Shown: positions 28,274 through 40,800, counted from the stretch's first letter. The stretch is 64,000 bases of DNA from Phycisphaerae bacterium (GCA_963666835.2 CAXXGO010000001.1:1312001-1376000), one strand, 5' to 3'. Numbers and translations: made by a program. Notes: generated by a model from the letters alone, not told the origin.

Positions 28274-30199
28274 ATGCGCAAGCCAACCTCGCGGCTCCTT
28301 ACTGTGGCATCAGCAGTATCGACCTGTTGTCTACTTGTATTCGCCGCGTTGCCGGCCCGAGCCGAGTGCGTCGAGTTTTCGTCCGACGCGTGGAACCTGC
28401 GGGACGCGGTTGTCTCCGAGCACTTAGGACGTATGTGCCTGTCCGGTCGAGCCGTTCTCAAGAACGTAGAATTCGAGAACGGCGTGATCGAAGTCGACCT
28501 GGCCGTGGACGGCAGTCGGTCGTATCCCGGACTCCTGTTCCGGGGGCAGTCCGACCGCGACCATGAGCGGTTCTACGTTCGTCCGCATGTAACGGCTCAA
28601 CAGCCTGATGCCCTGCAATACGCGCCGGTCTTCAATGGCGCGACGTGTTGGCAGCTCTACAGCGGCGCTGGGTTCACCGCCCGAGCGACGTTGCCGCCTG
28701 ATGAGTGGATACACCTCAAGATGGAGGTCCAGGGCACGCAGGCTCGGGTTTTTTTGGCAAACGATCCCCAACCGGCTTTGGTGATCCATGACCTGAAGCA
28801 CGGACTGAGCAAGGGGTTCGTCGGCGTCGACGGACCGTTGGGTGGGAAAGCACATTTCTCGAATTTCTGCGTCTCGTCCGGCGAGGCGTTGGAATTCGAC
28901 CCGCCGCCGCCCGTCTCGTCGTCCCGGAACACCCTGACTGAATGGCAGGTTTCTCAGGTCCTCCCGGTGGACCGGATCGACCTCGAACAGTACCCCGGCT
29001 TCTATACGATCTTCCGCGCCGGTTGGCAGAACGTGACCAGCGAGCCGTCCGGTCTGGTCAACATCTCACGTTACGCCGGGACTGTCGGGCAGGGGCCTCA
29101 ATGTGTTCTGGCTCGGACGATTGTCGCGTCCTCCAAAACGCGGGATGTCAAGCTGTCTTTCGGTTATAGCGACAACGTCACGCTCTTCCTCAACGGCAAG
29201 CCGGTATTCTCCGGGCGGAGCGCCTACCACAGCAGAGACCCATCGTTCTCGGGGATCATCGGCCTTCATGATGATGTCTTCATTACTCTGCATAAAGGCC
29301 ACAATGAGCTGCTTTTCATGGTGACCGACAACTTCGGGGGCGCGGGCGTAATGTCCGCCACGAGCCTCCGCGTCGAACACCCGACAATCCGGCAGGGGCT
29401 GGCCGTGCAGGTCTGGGAGACCCCGGCCGAGTTCAACATCCCCGAGTCCGTTCTCTACGACCCCGCCAGAGACATCCTCTACGTGAGCAACTTCGCGGCT
29501 GTCGGACGCAGCGCTCCCGGAGCGGGCTTTCTGTCGCGAGTGCGCCTGGATGGTCAGATCGACAATCTCCGGTGGGTGACGGACTTGGATGGCCCGTGCG
29601 GCATGGCCATCAACGGGGACCGCCTGTTCGTCGCTGAGGGCACCCGCGGAAACCTCGCCGAAATCGACCTGAATACCGGCGCGATTGTCAGACGCACGAA
29701 CATTGCCGGAGCGACATTCCTGAACGATGTTGCTGTCGATGGTGAGGGTTACGTGTACGTCTCTGATACCACCCGGGCCGCCAAGAGCAAAGACATCTAC
29801 CGGTGCAAGGACGGCACCTGCGAGCTCTGGCAGCATGGCCGCGAGATCCACCGAGCCAACGGTCTGTTCGTCCATAACCAGAGCCTGCTGGTCGGCAATT
29901 CCGGCGACGGGTTCCTTAAGGCCGTCAACCTGCAGAGCGGTGCCGTCGATTCGGTCGCCTGCCTCGGCGCGGGCATCATCGATGGTATTCGGGTCGACAA
30001 CAACGGCGGCTACCTCGTCTCCCATTGGGAGGGGCAGGTCTACCGAGTCAGTCCCGCAGGTGAAGTGGTGCAGTTTCTGGATACGCAGAACGAGGGGATC
30101 AATGTCGCGGATTTCGAATTCGTCAAGCACGAAAACCTGCTCGTCGTGCCGACCTTTCTCGGCAACAAGGTCGTGGCCTATCGTTTGAACGACGGCTAG
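28274..30199 (+). CDS. Secreted protein with C-terminal SMP-30/gluconolactonase-like beta-propeller
   Basis: Signal peptide; PESVLYD...LYVSN, FLNDVAVD, ANGL and DGI. Confidence 0.75.
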   Translation: MRKPTSRLLTVASAVSTCCLLVFAALPARAECVEFSSDAWNLRDAVVSEHLGRMCLSGRAVLKNVEFENGVIEVDLAVDGSRSYPGLLFRGQSDRDHERFYVRPHVTAQQPDALQYAPVFNGATCWQLYSGAGFTARATLPPDEWIHLKMEVQGTQARVFLANDPQPALVIHDLKHGLSKGFVGVDGPLGGKAHFSNFCVSSGEALEFDPPPPVSSSRNTLTEWQVSQVLPVDRIDLEQYPGFYTIFRAGWQNVTSEPSGLVNISRYAGTVGQGPQCVLARTIVASSKTRDVKLSFGYSDNVTLFLNGKPVFSGRSAYHSRDPSFSGIIGLHDDVFITLHKGHNELLFMVTDNFGGAGVMSATSLRVEHPTIRQGLAVQVWETPAEFNIPESVLYDPARDILYVSNFAAVGRSAPGAGFLSRVRLDGQIDNLRWVTDLDGPCGMAINGDRLFVAEGTRGNLAEIDLNTGAIVRRTNIAGATFLNDVAVDGEGYVYVSDTTRAAKSKDIYRCKDGTCELWQHGREIHRANGLFVHNQSLLVGNSGDGFLKAVNLQSGAVDSVACLGAGIIDGIRVDNNGGYLVSHWEGQVYRVSPAGEVVQFLDTQNEGINVADFEFVKHENLLVVPTFLGNKVVAYRLNDG

Positions 30200-30320
30200 A
30201 CTTGCCGCCACCTCGGTGCGCATGCGGAATCCCTCCCCGGGTGGGTGTGCCACTGCTCTTGAGCAGTGCAGGAACGGGTACCGTGTGGATCGAACCCGAA
30301 CCTACACGTGTGACAAAGCG

Positions 30321-32309
30321 CTAGTCGATTCGCGGTGTCCGGTTGAATCCGATTTTGCCCGCCGTCATCAATAGCAGTGCCAGCACCAGCATTCCCCATT
30401 CGGAGACCGTCGGAATCTGTCCGATGCACTCGGGGGCGTACACGTTGTCGTCGATTCCCGGGCACCGGTCGTGACAATTGGCGACCCCGTCGCCGTCGTC
30501 GTCGGTGTCCGGGACGCCGCACCCGCATTGGCCCGGAACGAGCTTGTAGGGGTCGGCCGGACATTCTTCGTCGGACGTGCAGACCCCGTCACCGTCCCAG
30601 TCGTTCCACTTGTCGTTGGGGCACGGGTCGCAGAGGTCTCCGATTCCGTCTTCGTCGTCATCTACCTGCGCGGCATTGGCGAGTGATGGGCAATTGTCAC
30701 AATCATCAATGATACCGTCCTCGTCGCCGTCGGACTCGCATTCGTCGGGGATGACGTTGGCATTGCAGTCGGCGCTGTACTCGGCGAGAGTATCGCATTC
30801 GTCCGGGATACCGTTGCCGTTGCAGTCCGCGCTGGTTCCGTCGGTGATGTCCGTTTCATCAAACACGCCGTTTTCGTTGCAGTCGATCGGGATTCGCAGA
30901 TAGTAGACGTCCTGCTCTCCGTTGAACGTGGCCGCGAACGCCACATGCGCCCCACCGTGGTCGGAGATCATGTCATAGTAGTCGCCGAGCTTCTCCTGGC
31001 GGGGCCAGCCCAGGTGGCTGTCGAACATCGGGGTTACCGGCGTGTTGGGTGACCAGGTGAGTCCGCCGTCCAGTGAATAAGAGTGATACATTTCGGTGAG
31101 CCGGGTAACGCAGTGGATTCGATTGTCGTTCCAGATTGCGTCGATCCGCCCGTTCGGGGAGACCGACATGGTGCCGAACCACTGGTACACCCGATTACCC
31201 GGCGGGTCGTCGTTGATCCTGATCGGTTGGCTCCACGTAAACCCGCCGTCGGTGCTGCGGGCGAACATGATGTCGGCCGGGTCGTTATTCGCCCCGCGGA
31301 CGGAGGCGAGCAAGTACACATTGCCGCGATTCGGACCGTTGGAATGGTCGGTTGCGATCCAAGCCTGCCCGAGCAGGCCTTCGGGGTTTGGTCCTTCTCC
31401 CACGACGAGGAAACCGCCGAGATCAGCATAGGCGATATCGTCGAATTCGGGAGTAGCCGCGGGGTCTTGCGCGTTGGTCGACTTGATGATAACGAAGCCG
31501 TTGCCGACAATATACAAATCCCCGTCGGGTCCGACCGACAAGGTCCCCCAGAAGGGGGCTCCCGGCAGGTACAGTAGGTCTCCGTAAGTCTGCCCCCGAT
31601 CGACCGAGCGGACGAAGTCGCCGCTGCAGCAACTGTATGAACGGTTCCAATTCGAGTAGACGTTATTGCGTCCCGGTCCGTCGGTAGTGTCGATAGTCAT
31701 CCAGGCCTTGTCCCCGCCGTAGGCGTACACCGGGTCGCTCCAGGTTGCCCCGCCGTCCGTGGAGATGAAATCGTCGCAGATATACACTCCGTTGCGTGGT
31801 CCGAGGCTGTTGTAGTGGAACAGCCCGTCGGCATCGGATGCCAGGACCGGGTCACTTCGGAACTGGCCGGGATCCAATACTCCCGCGAAGGTCCAGGTCT
31901 GCCCGCGATCTTGACTAAAGCCGACCCCCGCCTGCCGGAAGTTCGAGTTGATTGTGTCGAACTGCCGCCATCCGATAGCCATCCGATTGGGGTCGGTCGG
32001 GTCTACGGCGATGGACGGTTCGTTAGCGGCATCGCCGATGATGTTGTTCCCGTCGGCATCGACGTTGACCTGGACACTGACGAATTGATCGCGCTGCCAC
32101 GCCTGCGCGGGTGCGGTGGGGGGCTGCCGGTCGGGTGGCACGTACGGCAGATACGGATCGTCGGGCAGTTCGGCCGGGCGCTGCGGTATCGATGCCGCTA
32201 CGTTTCGGATGTCTTCGCGAGCATCCGCCACGGCGTTGGCCGGCGCGGCGAGCAATGTAAGTACTACGAAACCCGCAGCGCGCTTTACGTGATAAGCACC
32301 CCAGTTCAT
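30321..32309 (-). CDS. BNR/sialidase-like propeller protein with DCNxNG and thrombospondin-3 repeats and IPTL-CTERM sorting signal
   Basis: STDGGATWS repeats, DCNGNGIPDEC, IPTVSEWG plus TM; AAAGGAG RBS. Confidence 0.8.
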   Translation of the reverse strand: MNWGAYHVKRAAGFVVLTLLAAPANAVADAREDIRNVAASIPQRPAELPDDPYLPYVPPDRQPPTAPAQAWQRDQFVSVQVNVDADGNNIIGDAANEPSIAVDPTDPNRMAIGWRQFDTINSNFRQAGVGFSQDRGQTWTFAGVLDPGQFRSDPVLASDADGLFHYNSLGPRNGVYICDDFISTDGGATWSDPVYAYGGDKAWMTIDTTDGPGRNNVYSNWNRSYSCCSGDFVRSVDRGQTYGDLLYLPGAPFWGTLSVGPDGDLYIVGNGFVIIKSTNAQDPAATPEFDDIAYADLGGFLVVGEGPNPEGLLGQAWIATDHSNGPNRGNVYLLASVRGANNDPADIMFARSTDGGFTWSQPIRINDDPPGNRVYQWFGTMSVSPNGRIDAIWNDNRIHCVTRLTEMYHSYSLDGGLTWSPNTPVTPMFDSHLGWPRQEKLGDYYDMISDHGGAHVAFAATFNGEQDVYYLRIPIDCNENGVFDETDITDGTSADCNGNGIPDECDTLAEYSADCNANVIPDECESDGDEDGIIDDCDNCPSLANAAQVDDDEDGIGDLCDPCPNDKWNDWDGDGVCTSDEECPADPYKLVPGQCGCGVPDTDDDGDGVANCHDRCPGIDDNVYAPECIGQIPTVSEWGMLVLALLLMTAGKIGFNRTPRID

Positions 32310-32952
32310 GAGTTGATCTCCTTTCCCCCCGGGCGAACACCGATCAGTCCTGGAAACCGAAGCGGGCAGGCTCAGCTCGACCGATGTGTCGCAGAAGCGG
32401 AATAGTGTGCACAGCAATCCCCCTTACCTGCGAGACGCTCCGCCACGAGCTGGAACGGCATTATTATACAGATTTTCCGCCCAAACACAACTTGAGGCTA
32501 TTTTACACCCGGGTTCTCGCGTTTGCCACTCCGCCTGGGCATCGTAGAGGTGGGGCACGGTGTGGATTGAACCCGAAGTTCCACCAGCGGCGATGCACGA
32601 ACGCAGCTAACGCGAAAACGATCGCAGATTCGCGTTGATGTGAGGGTTCTCCCGGTGCCCCGCGGGCTACGGTGAAACTCGGCCACGGCCCTGTCGATAG
32701 CAAGAAGCAGGAAACAGGTCTAAGGCGGACGTTCGTCGGCTAGGCCGCGGGGATTTGCCCAGGATCTGCAGGTCTTGCAGACGGGCGGATGGTCCTGTGA
32801 GTGAATACCGGTTTGAAGAGAATTAGTTCGCTTATGCAACGGTCGCCCACGGCGAGCCAGAAAGTCCTGGGGAGGCGGTCTGCGAGATGACGACGGCCGC
32901 TGATTTAAGAAGAGCAGCGTGTACCTAGTAACCAAGACCCAAAGGAGATGAC

Positions 32953-34869
32953 ATGGGACTCCAGATGAAGATCGTCGCCTGGGCGGGAGCCTGTCTACTT
33001 GCCACGGCTGCGACTGTGGTGGCATTCTCGGCGATTGCGATGAAGAGCGAAGCGGACACCGCCCGGGCCGACGCAGTTCGCGTTGCCGAGGAGCACGCCG
33101 GGGCCGTTGCCAGCGAGCGGGCTGCGGTCATTCGGGAAGAGCTCGATGCGGCGCTCGACGCGGCGCGGACCTTGGCTGAGGTTCTCTCCGGCGTCCCGGA
33201 CGAGACCAACAACGTGAAACTCGACCGCGACGGGGCCAACAACATCCTCAAGAACATTCTGATGCGTAATCCGAGGTTCTTGGGCGTCTACACTTGTTGG
33301 GAGCCCAACGCTTTCGATGGGAGGGACGCGGAGTACGCTGATTCCGAGGGGCATGATAGCACCGGAAGGCTGATTCCCTATTGGAATCGGAACGCCCAAG
33401 GGGAGATCGTCCGGGAGCCATTGGTAAGCTACGAAGTGGCCGGTGACGGTGACTACTACCTGTTGCCCAAGAATACCGAGACCGAGTGTTTGATCAACCC
33501 TTATGTCTATCCGGTGCAGGGCAAGCCGACCCTGCTGACCTCTCTGGTCGTACCGATCATGGTTGACGGGACATTCTACGGTATTGCCGGCGTGGACATA
33601 GGCCTGGGGTTCCTTCAGGAAATGGCCGACGATGTTGAAGACCTGTATGAGGGGGACGCACGCATCGTGCTGCTTAGCAACGACGGCACGATTGCCGGAT
33701 TCACCGGGCAGCCGGAATTAGTCGGAAAGCACCTGAAGGAAGTCCGCGCGGATTCTGCCGAGACGATGAATAACATCCAGACGGGAGAGGCGAAGGTGGC
33801 TATGGCCGAAGGTGAGTTGGAGGCCTTTGTCCCCCTGAATGTCGGCAAGACCACCACGCCTTGGGCCGTTAACATACTTGTTCCTGAGGAGAGGATCGTC
33901 GCCCAAGCCGTTGCGCAATCGGACCGGGCTACGGCGGTCATGTGGCAGATGTTGGTTATCGGCGTTGGTGTCACGATTGCGGCGCTTGTTGTCTTGTCGT
34001 TTGTAGCTCGGTCGATTGCTAAACCGCTCAAGAGTACATTTAAAGGGCTCAAAAGCTGCAGCACGGGCGAGCTGCGGCGGATGGGAGAGACTCTCAAGGG
34101 TATAATTGCCGGTCTGGATAGCGGGGCGACACAGGTCCGCGACGCCTCCGCTCAGGTATCAAGCTCGTCGCAGGCGCTGGCCGGCGGAGCAAGTGAACAG
34201 TCCTCGGCCCTGGAAAAGACCGCCCAAACGCTGCAGCAGATGTCCGCGATGACGTCGGAGAATGCCAGCAAAACCAAGGAAGCTAATAACCTCGCGAGCC
34301 AAGCGCAGATGTCCGCCAGCGACGGCCAGACGACGATGACGGCGATAAACGAGTCCTCCGAGCAGATCAACAAGATCATCAAGGTCATTGAAGAGATTGC
34401 GTTCCAGACCAATCTACTCGCGCTCAACGCGGCCGTCGAAGCCGCTCGAGCTGGCGAGCACGGGAAGGGGTTTGCGGTTGTTGCGGAAGAAGTTCGCAAC
34501 TTGGCCCAGCGCTCGGCTCAAGCTGCTAAGGAGATCACGGCCCTAATCAGCACGTCAGTTGAAACATCCAAGAAGGGCGTCGCGGCGATCAATGCCATCG
34601 TTGAGGGGGTTAGCGGTGTTGCGGAGCTACTCGAGGGTATTGCGCAGGCGTCCGAGGAGCATTCTCAGGGCGTCAGCGAGATCAATCTCGCGGTATCCGA
34701 AATGGACAGCGTGACCCAGCAGAACGCGGCCAGTGCCGAGGAATCGGCCTCCGCGTCCGAGGAGCTCAGCGCCCAGGCAGAGTCGGTAACAGGGATTGTA
34801 CGTGAATTGTCAGCCATGGTTGGCGGGGGCGGTGGACAGTCGGACCTTCACGCACCGACGACTTTCTAG
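32953..34869 (+). CDS. Methyl-accepting chemotaxis protein with Cache-type sensor domain
   Basis: [37 protein letters not shown]; two TMs. Confidence 0.95.
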   Translation: MGLQMKIVAWAGACLLATAATVVAFSAIAMKSEADTARADAVRVAEEHAGAVASERAAVIREELDAALDAARTLAEVLSGVPDETNNVKLDRDGANNILKNILMRNPRFLGVYTCWEPNAFDGRDAEYADSEGHDSTGRLIPYWNRNAQGEIVREPLVSYEVAGDGDYYLLPKNTETECLINPYVYPVQGKPTLLTSLVVPIMVDGTFYGIAGVDIGLGFLQEMADDVEDLYEGDARIVLLSNDGTIAGFTGQPELVGKHLKEVRADSAETMNNIQTGEAKVAMAEGELEAFVPLNVGKTTTPWAVNILVPEERIVAQAVAQSDRATAVMWQMLVIGVGVTIAALVVLSFVARSIAKPLKSTFKGLKSCSTGELRRMGETLKGIIAGLDSGATQVRDASAQVSSSSQALAGGASEQSSALEKTAQTLQQMSAMTSENASKTKEANNLASQAQMSASDGQTTMTAINESSEQINKIIKVIEEIAFQTNLLALNAAVEAARAGEHGKGFAVVAEEVRNLAQRSAQAAKEITALISTSVETSKKGVAAINAIVEGVSGVAELLEGIAQASEEHSQGVSEINLAVSEMDSVTQQNAASAEESASASEELSAQAESVTGIVRELSAMVGGGGGQSDLHAPTTF

Positions 34870-35415
34870 AAAGGGCTTGCAGCCGAATCGTGCTGTGGGC
34901 GACCAGGCGGACCGTCTCCGGCAAGAGGTACGGATTCGCTGAGATCGGAAGTGCTCGTATGGGAAAAAGACCTCACCGGTTACGAAGTGCCAGCAAGCCC
35001 TGACGAGACAGTATTCACCGAGGATTGCGTTTCCGATTTCAAGTGCCCGGCACGGACTGTACTCCATCTTCCTGATGATTCAGGAGGCGAGAGTGTTGGG
35101 GAGGGTCTATGAGGATTCGTTCCCCAGGGGGCCTCCGAACATCCTCGTGATCTGAGCTTCGAAGTCTGCTGCAAGTTCGTTTCATTCCGGGGGCAAGACT
35201 TGTGACACCGGTTTGTGCATTGCCATTTAAGGTCCTGCCCGCATAGCCTAAGATCACTCCAACCCACGAACGTCAGAACAAAGACTCCCGACCCCTTTTT
35301 TCTTTTTTCTTTCAGTTTCTCTATTGATCCCATCGGCGATGTTTGGTATATGTTAGGTAACGGCGGTCACGGCGGGTGCTGGGCCGGATGGCGGTTAAAC
35401 AGGGATTTGATAACG

Positions 35416-36345
35416 ATGTCGATTTTCAACATCGACAACAGCGCTGGGGCTGTGCGCAAAGGTTGGGGTGCCTGCGGCCTGCGTGAAACGACCGATGGTC
35501 GGGTGGCCAGGTTGGGGCGTTGCCAGGCGGATACTGCCGAGACGGTGCGTCGGCTCCGGGGCAAGCTCGAGCGGTATCGGAAGCGGCGGGCTCGGCAGGC
35601 GGGTTGGACGCGCCGGTTTATTCCCACCGGTTTGGTTGCTCTGGATGACGCCTTGCCGCACGGTGGTTTGCCTTGTGGGGCGGTTACCGAAATTCTTTCC
35701 GATGGTTCGGGTGTCGGGGCTATGACACTAGCTATGCGAATCGCTACGAGGATCGAGACCGGTACTGACGAAGGCGTGCCCGAATGTTGCGAGGCGTTTG
35801 ACGATCACCGATATGTGGTTTTGATCGATACGTTTCAGGATTTTTATCCTCCGGCCGCGGCGCAGCGGGGGGTTGCTCTTGATCGGCTCATTGTGATTCG
35901 TCCCAGTGGCCATAAGGAGGCGTTTTGGGCGTTGGATCAATCGTTGCGTTGCCGCGCGGTTGCGGTGGTAATTGCTCCGCTGGTTCAACTTGACGAGGTT
36001 CGGTCTCGCCGTCTTCAGCTTGCCGCGGAGAGCAGCGGAGCGTTAGGGTTGGTATTGGGCGCGGCTCATTGGCGCACCAAGAGTTTCGCCGCCGTGCAGA
36101 TGCTTGTCGAAGGGGCGGGTCGGCGGGAGCTGGTTGATTCGACGTCTGGGATGTTGCCGTCAACGGGGCGGCCGGCGGCGCCGGCGCCGTTTGGCGCTGT
36201 GGAGCCTTATCTCTGTCGTATTACGTTGCGGACGGTTCGGGAAGGGATGCCTGCGGGGCCGTTTATGGTGGATTTGCATCATGAGGCGGGTGTTGGGTCT
36301 GTACCTTCCGTTCCTGTCGACCGACCGGCGGCAAAAACCGGATGA
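35416..36345 (+). CDS. imuA: ImuA (RecA/SulA-like) mutasome protein
   Basis: PTGLVALDDALPHGGL, RRLQLAAE; first gene of cassette; start uncertain. Confidence 0.85.
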   Translation: MSIFNIDNSAGAVRKGWGACGLRETTDGRVARLGRCQADTAETVRRLRGKLERYRKRRARQAGWTRRFIPTGLVALDDALPHGGLPCGAVTEILSDGSGVGAMTLAMRIATRIETGTDEGVPECCEAFDDHRYVVLIDTFQDFYPPAAAQRGVALDRLIVIRPSGHKEAFWALDQSLRCRAVAVVIAPLVQLDEVRSRRLQLAAESSGALGLVLGAAHWRTKSFAAVQMLVEGAGRRELVDSTSGMLPSTGRPAAPAPFGAVEPYLCRITLRTVREGMPAGPFMVDLHHEAGVGSVPSVPVDRPAAKTG

Positions 36346-37858
36346 CGCTCTGGTCGCTACGATTGCCCTGCAAGGTCAGGTGTTACGCGTGGCCCACGTC
36401 AATCGGCGCGCTGGGGAAGCGGGGGTCCGTCCCGGGCAGACCCTGGCCGAGGCGAAGTCCGTGGCTTTGGATTTGGTTACCTGTGACGACGATCCTGCCG
36501 CCGATCTTCGCCAACTGGAAACACTGGCGGTCTGGGCCGGGCGTTTTTCTCCAACGGTTCATATAGAGGGTGAGAACTCCTTGATGGTGGACGTCACCGG
36601 TAGCGAGCGTTTGTTTGCCGGGGAACGGAATCTGCTCCGTCAGGCGCTAGAGGGGTTGAACGCGGAAGGTTTTTTTGCTCGGGGGGCGATTGCCGATACC
36701 GTCGGAGCGGCATGGGCTGTAACCCACGCTCATCCCGACATCTTCGTGATCGTTCCGCCGGGGCAAACGGCGGCGGAGCTGACCGCTCTGCCGGTATGGT
36801 CTCTACGAATCGATTCTGGAGCGGTGAAAGCTCTGGCTCTGGTCGGGGTGAAGACCATAGCGGTGCTGTTGCATCTGCCGCGTTCTTCTCTGGCGCCTAG
36901 GTTTGGCGAGGGCGTGTTGCGTCGTCTTGACCAGGCTCTGGGCGATATTCCGGAAGTGCTCACGCCTTATCGACCCTGCCCCGCCTTAACCAGTCGGTTT
37001 CACCTTGGAGCCGCTACCACCCGGCTCGACGTGTTGATCGAGGCCGTTCGCCGGGCGTTGGAGTGGTTTTGCGAACAACTGGCGCAGCGGGTGGCGGGCG
37101 TTCGCCGGATGTATCTCACGTTTTACTGTTTCGAGGAAGCGGCCGACCGCGGTTCGCGCAGGTACCCGATTACGCTTGAGCTCAATATGTCCGAACCATC
37201 CCGGTCGGTGGATCATCTCTTTCCGTTGCTGACCGTACTGCTGGACAAAACCGACCTTCCGGCTCCGGCAAATGCGCTAATGTTGTGGGCCCGCGAGGTG
37301 GAGTCGCTGGACGGCCGGCAAGAGGAGTTGTTTGACACCAGCGTGAATGATGCGCGGGAGTTGAGCGGCCTGCTGGATCGGCTGGCCGTGCGGCTCGGTC
37401 GCGAGGCGGTCGTTCGTCCTCGCTTGCTTGGGGAACATCAGCCGGAACGGGCGTTTCGTTATGAATCGTTGGTTGGAGGGCAAGAAACATCACGCGGATT
37501 GTCCGGTTGGGAATCCAGCGGGTCTATACGGACCAAGGCGGCGGCGCAGCCCGGGGGCGGTTTGCCGGAAGAGGAGTTTTTGCCGCCCGGTCCACGTCCG
37601 TTGCGCCTGGTTGCTCAGCCTCTGGAGATTAGTGCTACCGCAGTGACACCGGATGGTCCGCCGGCTGCGTTTCAATGGCGGGGACAGGCGCATGTGCTGG
37701 TGAACAGTGTCGGTCCCGAGCGAATCGAGACCGGCTGGTGGCGTGGTCGGTACGTTCAACGGGACTACTACCGCGTAACGACAGAGTCGGGCCGGCGCTG
37801 CTGGATCTTCCGCCGACGCGATACCAAGCAGTGGTTTCTGCACGGGTGGTTTGATTAG
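36281..37858 (+). CDS. imuB: ImuB, inactive Y-family polymerase
   Basis: QEELF clamp-binding-like motif; GPERIETGWW...RDYY...WFLHGWFD. Confidence 0.9.
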   Translation: MRRVLGLYLPFLSTDRRQKPDDALVATIALQGQVLRVAHVNRRAGEAGVRPGQTLAEAKSVALDLVTCDDDPAADLRQLETLAVWAGRFSPTVHIEGENSLMVDVTGSERLFAGERNLLRQALEGLNAEGFFARGAIADTVGAAWAVTHAHPDIFVIVPPGQTAAELTALPVWSLRIDSGAVKALALVGVKTIAVLLHLPRSSLAPRFGEGVLRRLDQALGDIPEVLTPYRPCPALTSRFHLGAATTRLDVLIEAVRRALEWFCEQLAQRVAGVRRMYLTFYCFEEAADRGSRRYPITLELNMSEPSRSVDHLFPLLTVLLDKTDLPAPANALMLWAREVESLDGRQEELFDTSVNDARELSGLLDRLAVRLGREAVVRPRLLGEHQPERAFRYESLVGGQETSRGLSGWESSGSIRTKAAAQPGGGLPEEEFLPPGPRPLRLVAQPLEISATAVTPDGPPAAFQWRGQAHVLVNSVGPERIETGWWRGRYVQRDYYRVTTESGRRCWIFRRRDTKQWFLHGWFD

Positions 37859-40800
37859 ATGCCCGATCGAACCGACGACAGCCGGCACGTTCACCCGGTC
37901 GGTCATTGGCAGCGTGAGGAGTTCGCGGCCGCTCGTCGATCTTACCCGCATCGACATCGATACGCGGAACTGTGCTGCAAGAGCAATTTCTCTTTCCTGC
38001 GCGGGGCGTCTCATCCGGAGGAGTTAGTTCAACGGGCGGCGGAGTTGGGTTATACCGCCTTAGCCATAACGGATCGCAACACGCTTGCCGGGGTCGTTCG
38101 GGCGCATTGTGCGGCCAAGGCCTGCAATCTCAAGCTGATTGTCGGCGCCGAACTAACTCCGATCGATGCCCTACCTGTTACGCTCTACGCCTGCGACCGG
38201 ACAAGCTATGGTCGACTGGCGCGGATCATCACCCAGGGGCGGCGGCGTGCCGTCAAGGGCTCATGCTCGCTTACGTTTGACGATATTGCCCAGTGGTCCG
38301 GGGGACTCATCGCTGCGGTACATGCCGGTGCGGGTGCCATGCCCGAAACCTCGGTCGAAAGGCACGACCCCGGAATCGTCTTTGCGGAGACCTCTACTTC
38401 TCTGAAAGCGGAAGATCCGGCGGTCTACTGTGAGCAAGCTGTCCGCGTTTATCGCGACGTTTTCGGCGATCGTCTCTACCTGCCGGTCAGGGTACACGGG
38501 GGCGCGGATGACGGGCGGTATCTGGCGGAAATAAACAACCTTGCCCGGGCGACCGGGATACCCATGGTAGCGACCAACGACGTTCACTATCACGAACCAC
38601 GGCGGCGGTTTCTGCAGGATGTCCTTACCTGCATCCGCGAGCATTGCACGCTTGATACGGCCGGGCGGAGGCTTTTCGCCAACGCCGAGCGGAATCTCAA
38701 AACGGTCGATGAAATGGGCCGGTTGTTCGCCGATTATCCGCAGGCGCTTGTGCGGACCGGAGAGGTTGCCGACCGCTGCACGTTTACGCTCGACGAGCTG
38801 CGTTACGAATATCCCGAGGCGATCTGCCCGAAAGGCAGGTCGCCGAGCGAGTATCTGGCTGAACTTACCTGGGCAGGAGCGCAGGATCGCTATCCCGACG
38901 GGATCCCGCCGAAAGTCCGCGCCCTGATCCGGCATGAGCTGGAGTTGATTCAGCAACTCGGCTACGAGCCTTATTTTCTCACCGTTCACGATATTGTCGA
39001 GTTTGCCCGTTCTCGCAAGATTCTGTGCCAGGGTAGAGGCAGTGCGGCCAACTCCGCCGTTTGTTATTGCCTGGGGGTCACCGCGGTGGATCCCGGACGG
39101 ATCGATGTCCTGTTCGAGCGTTTCGTCAGCGCCGAACGTGATGAACCGCCCGACATCGACGTCGATTTCGAGCACGAGCGCCGGGAGGAGGTATTTCAAT
39201 ACATCTACGGCAAGTACGGCAGGGACCATGCGGGGATCGTGGCTGAGGTAATTACCTATCGACCCCGCTCGGCCATCCGAGACGTTGGCAAGGTGTTGGG
39301 GCTGTCTCTCGATCGCGTGGGCGCTCTGGCCAAGAAGCACGAATGGTGGAGCAAGGAGGCGTTCGAGGAGGAAACTCTCCGCGAAGCGGGCCTCGATCCG
39401 GCCGATCGCACGGTGCGTATGCTTGGAAAGCTGGTCAACCAGTTGATCGGTTTCCCGCGGCATCTGTCGCAGCATGTGGGGGGCTTTGTCATCACCCGCG
39501 GACCGCTTTGCGAGATGGTGCCGATCGAGAACGCGGCCATGCCTGATCGCACCTTCATCGAATGGGACAAAGACGACATCGACGCCCTCGGCATTCTGAA
39601 GATAGACTGCCTTTCGCTTGGCATGTTGACCGCGATTCGAAAGTGTCTGGGGATGATAAACGAGCGCAGTGCCGCGATTGCGGCTCCTCTCGCCCTCCAT
39701 TCCATCCCATCGGAGGATCCGGCGGTCTACGATATGGTCTGTCGCGCCGATACCGTTGGCGTATTTCAGATCGAAAGCCGCGCTCAGATGAGCATGCTGC
39801 CCCGGCTCAAACCGCGCTGTTATTATGATCTGGTTATCGAAGTCGCCATCGTCCGGCCCGGGCCGATCCAGGGCGGTATGGTGCATCCGTATTTGCGTCG
39901 CCGGGCCGGGGAGGAGCCGGTCAGTTACCCCTGCGAACCTGTTCGGGAAGTGCTCGAAAGGACCCTCGGCGTACCGCTCTTTCAAGAGCAGGCGATGCGC
40001 CTGGCCGTGGTGGCTGCCGGGTTTACGCCTGGGGAAGCGGACCGCTTGCGCCGGGCGATGGGGGCGTGGCGGCGTCACGGGGAGATCGAGCAGTTTCGTG
40101 TCAAGCTCATTGAGGGAATGCGGGCCAACGGCTTAGCGGAGGAGTTCGCCCAACGCTGTTTCGAGCAAATCGCCGGGTTTGGTGAATATGGCTTTCCGGA
40201 GAGTCACGCGGCTTCTTTTGCGTTGTTGGTGTACGTATCGGCTTGGCTGAAACGATATCACCCGGCCGCGTTCTGTGCGGCGCTGCTCAACTCGCAGCCG
40301 ATGGGTTTCTATCATCCCGCCCAACTCGTTCGCGATGCCCGAGCCCACGGGGTAACCGTCCTGCCCGTGGATGTGAATTCCAGCGGATACGATTGCCGGT
40401 TGGAACCTAGTGCGTTTTCCAGAAAAGTCGCTCAAGAACCTCCCCCCTTACCAAGGGGGGATCGAGGGGGGTCTGTTCCGACGGAGAAGAACCTCTCCCG
40501 ACCCCTCCTTGGTAAGGAGGTGGGGAAGAGATTCCGTCACGTTTCTGAGAACGGTTCTAGTATCCAGTGTCGAACCTATGACGCTTCCGGAGAGAGAGAA
40601 CGTGGCAGATCGCGGGTGAAGGACGAGCCGGATCGGTGGGGGAGGGGCGGACCGGCCGTGCGGTTGGGGATGCGGCTGGTCAAGGGGATCTCGCGCACGC
40701 AAGTTGCGGAAATCGAACGGGCGCAACGGGAACGACCTTACACGTCGGTGGCGGATCTGGCGCAGCGATCTCGGGCTCCGCGGGCGACGCTGGCCCGTCT

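Noticed and set aside
35278..35360. LexA box upstream of imuA; AAAGACTCCCGACCCCTTTT motif
   Set aside because: No clear palindrome or recognisable SOS box; the other motif is single-copy in this window
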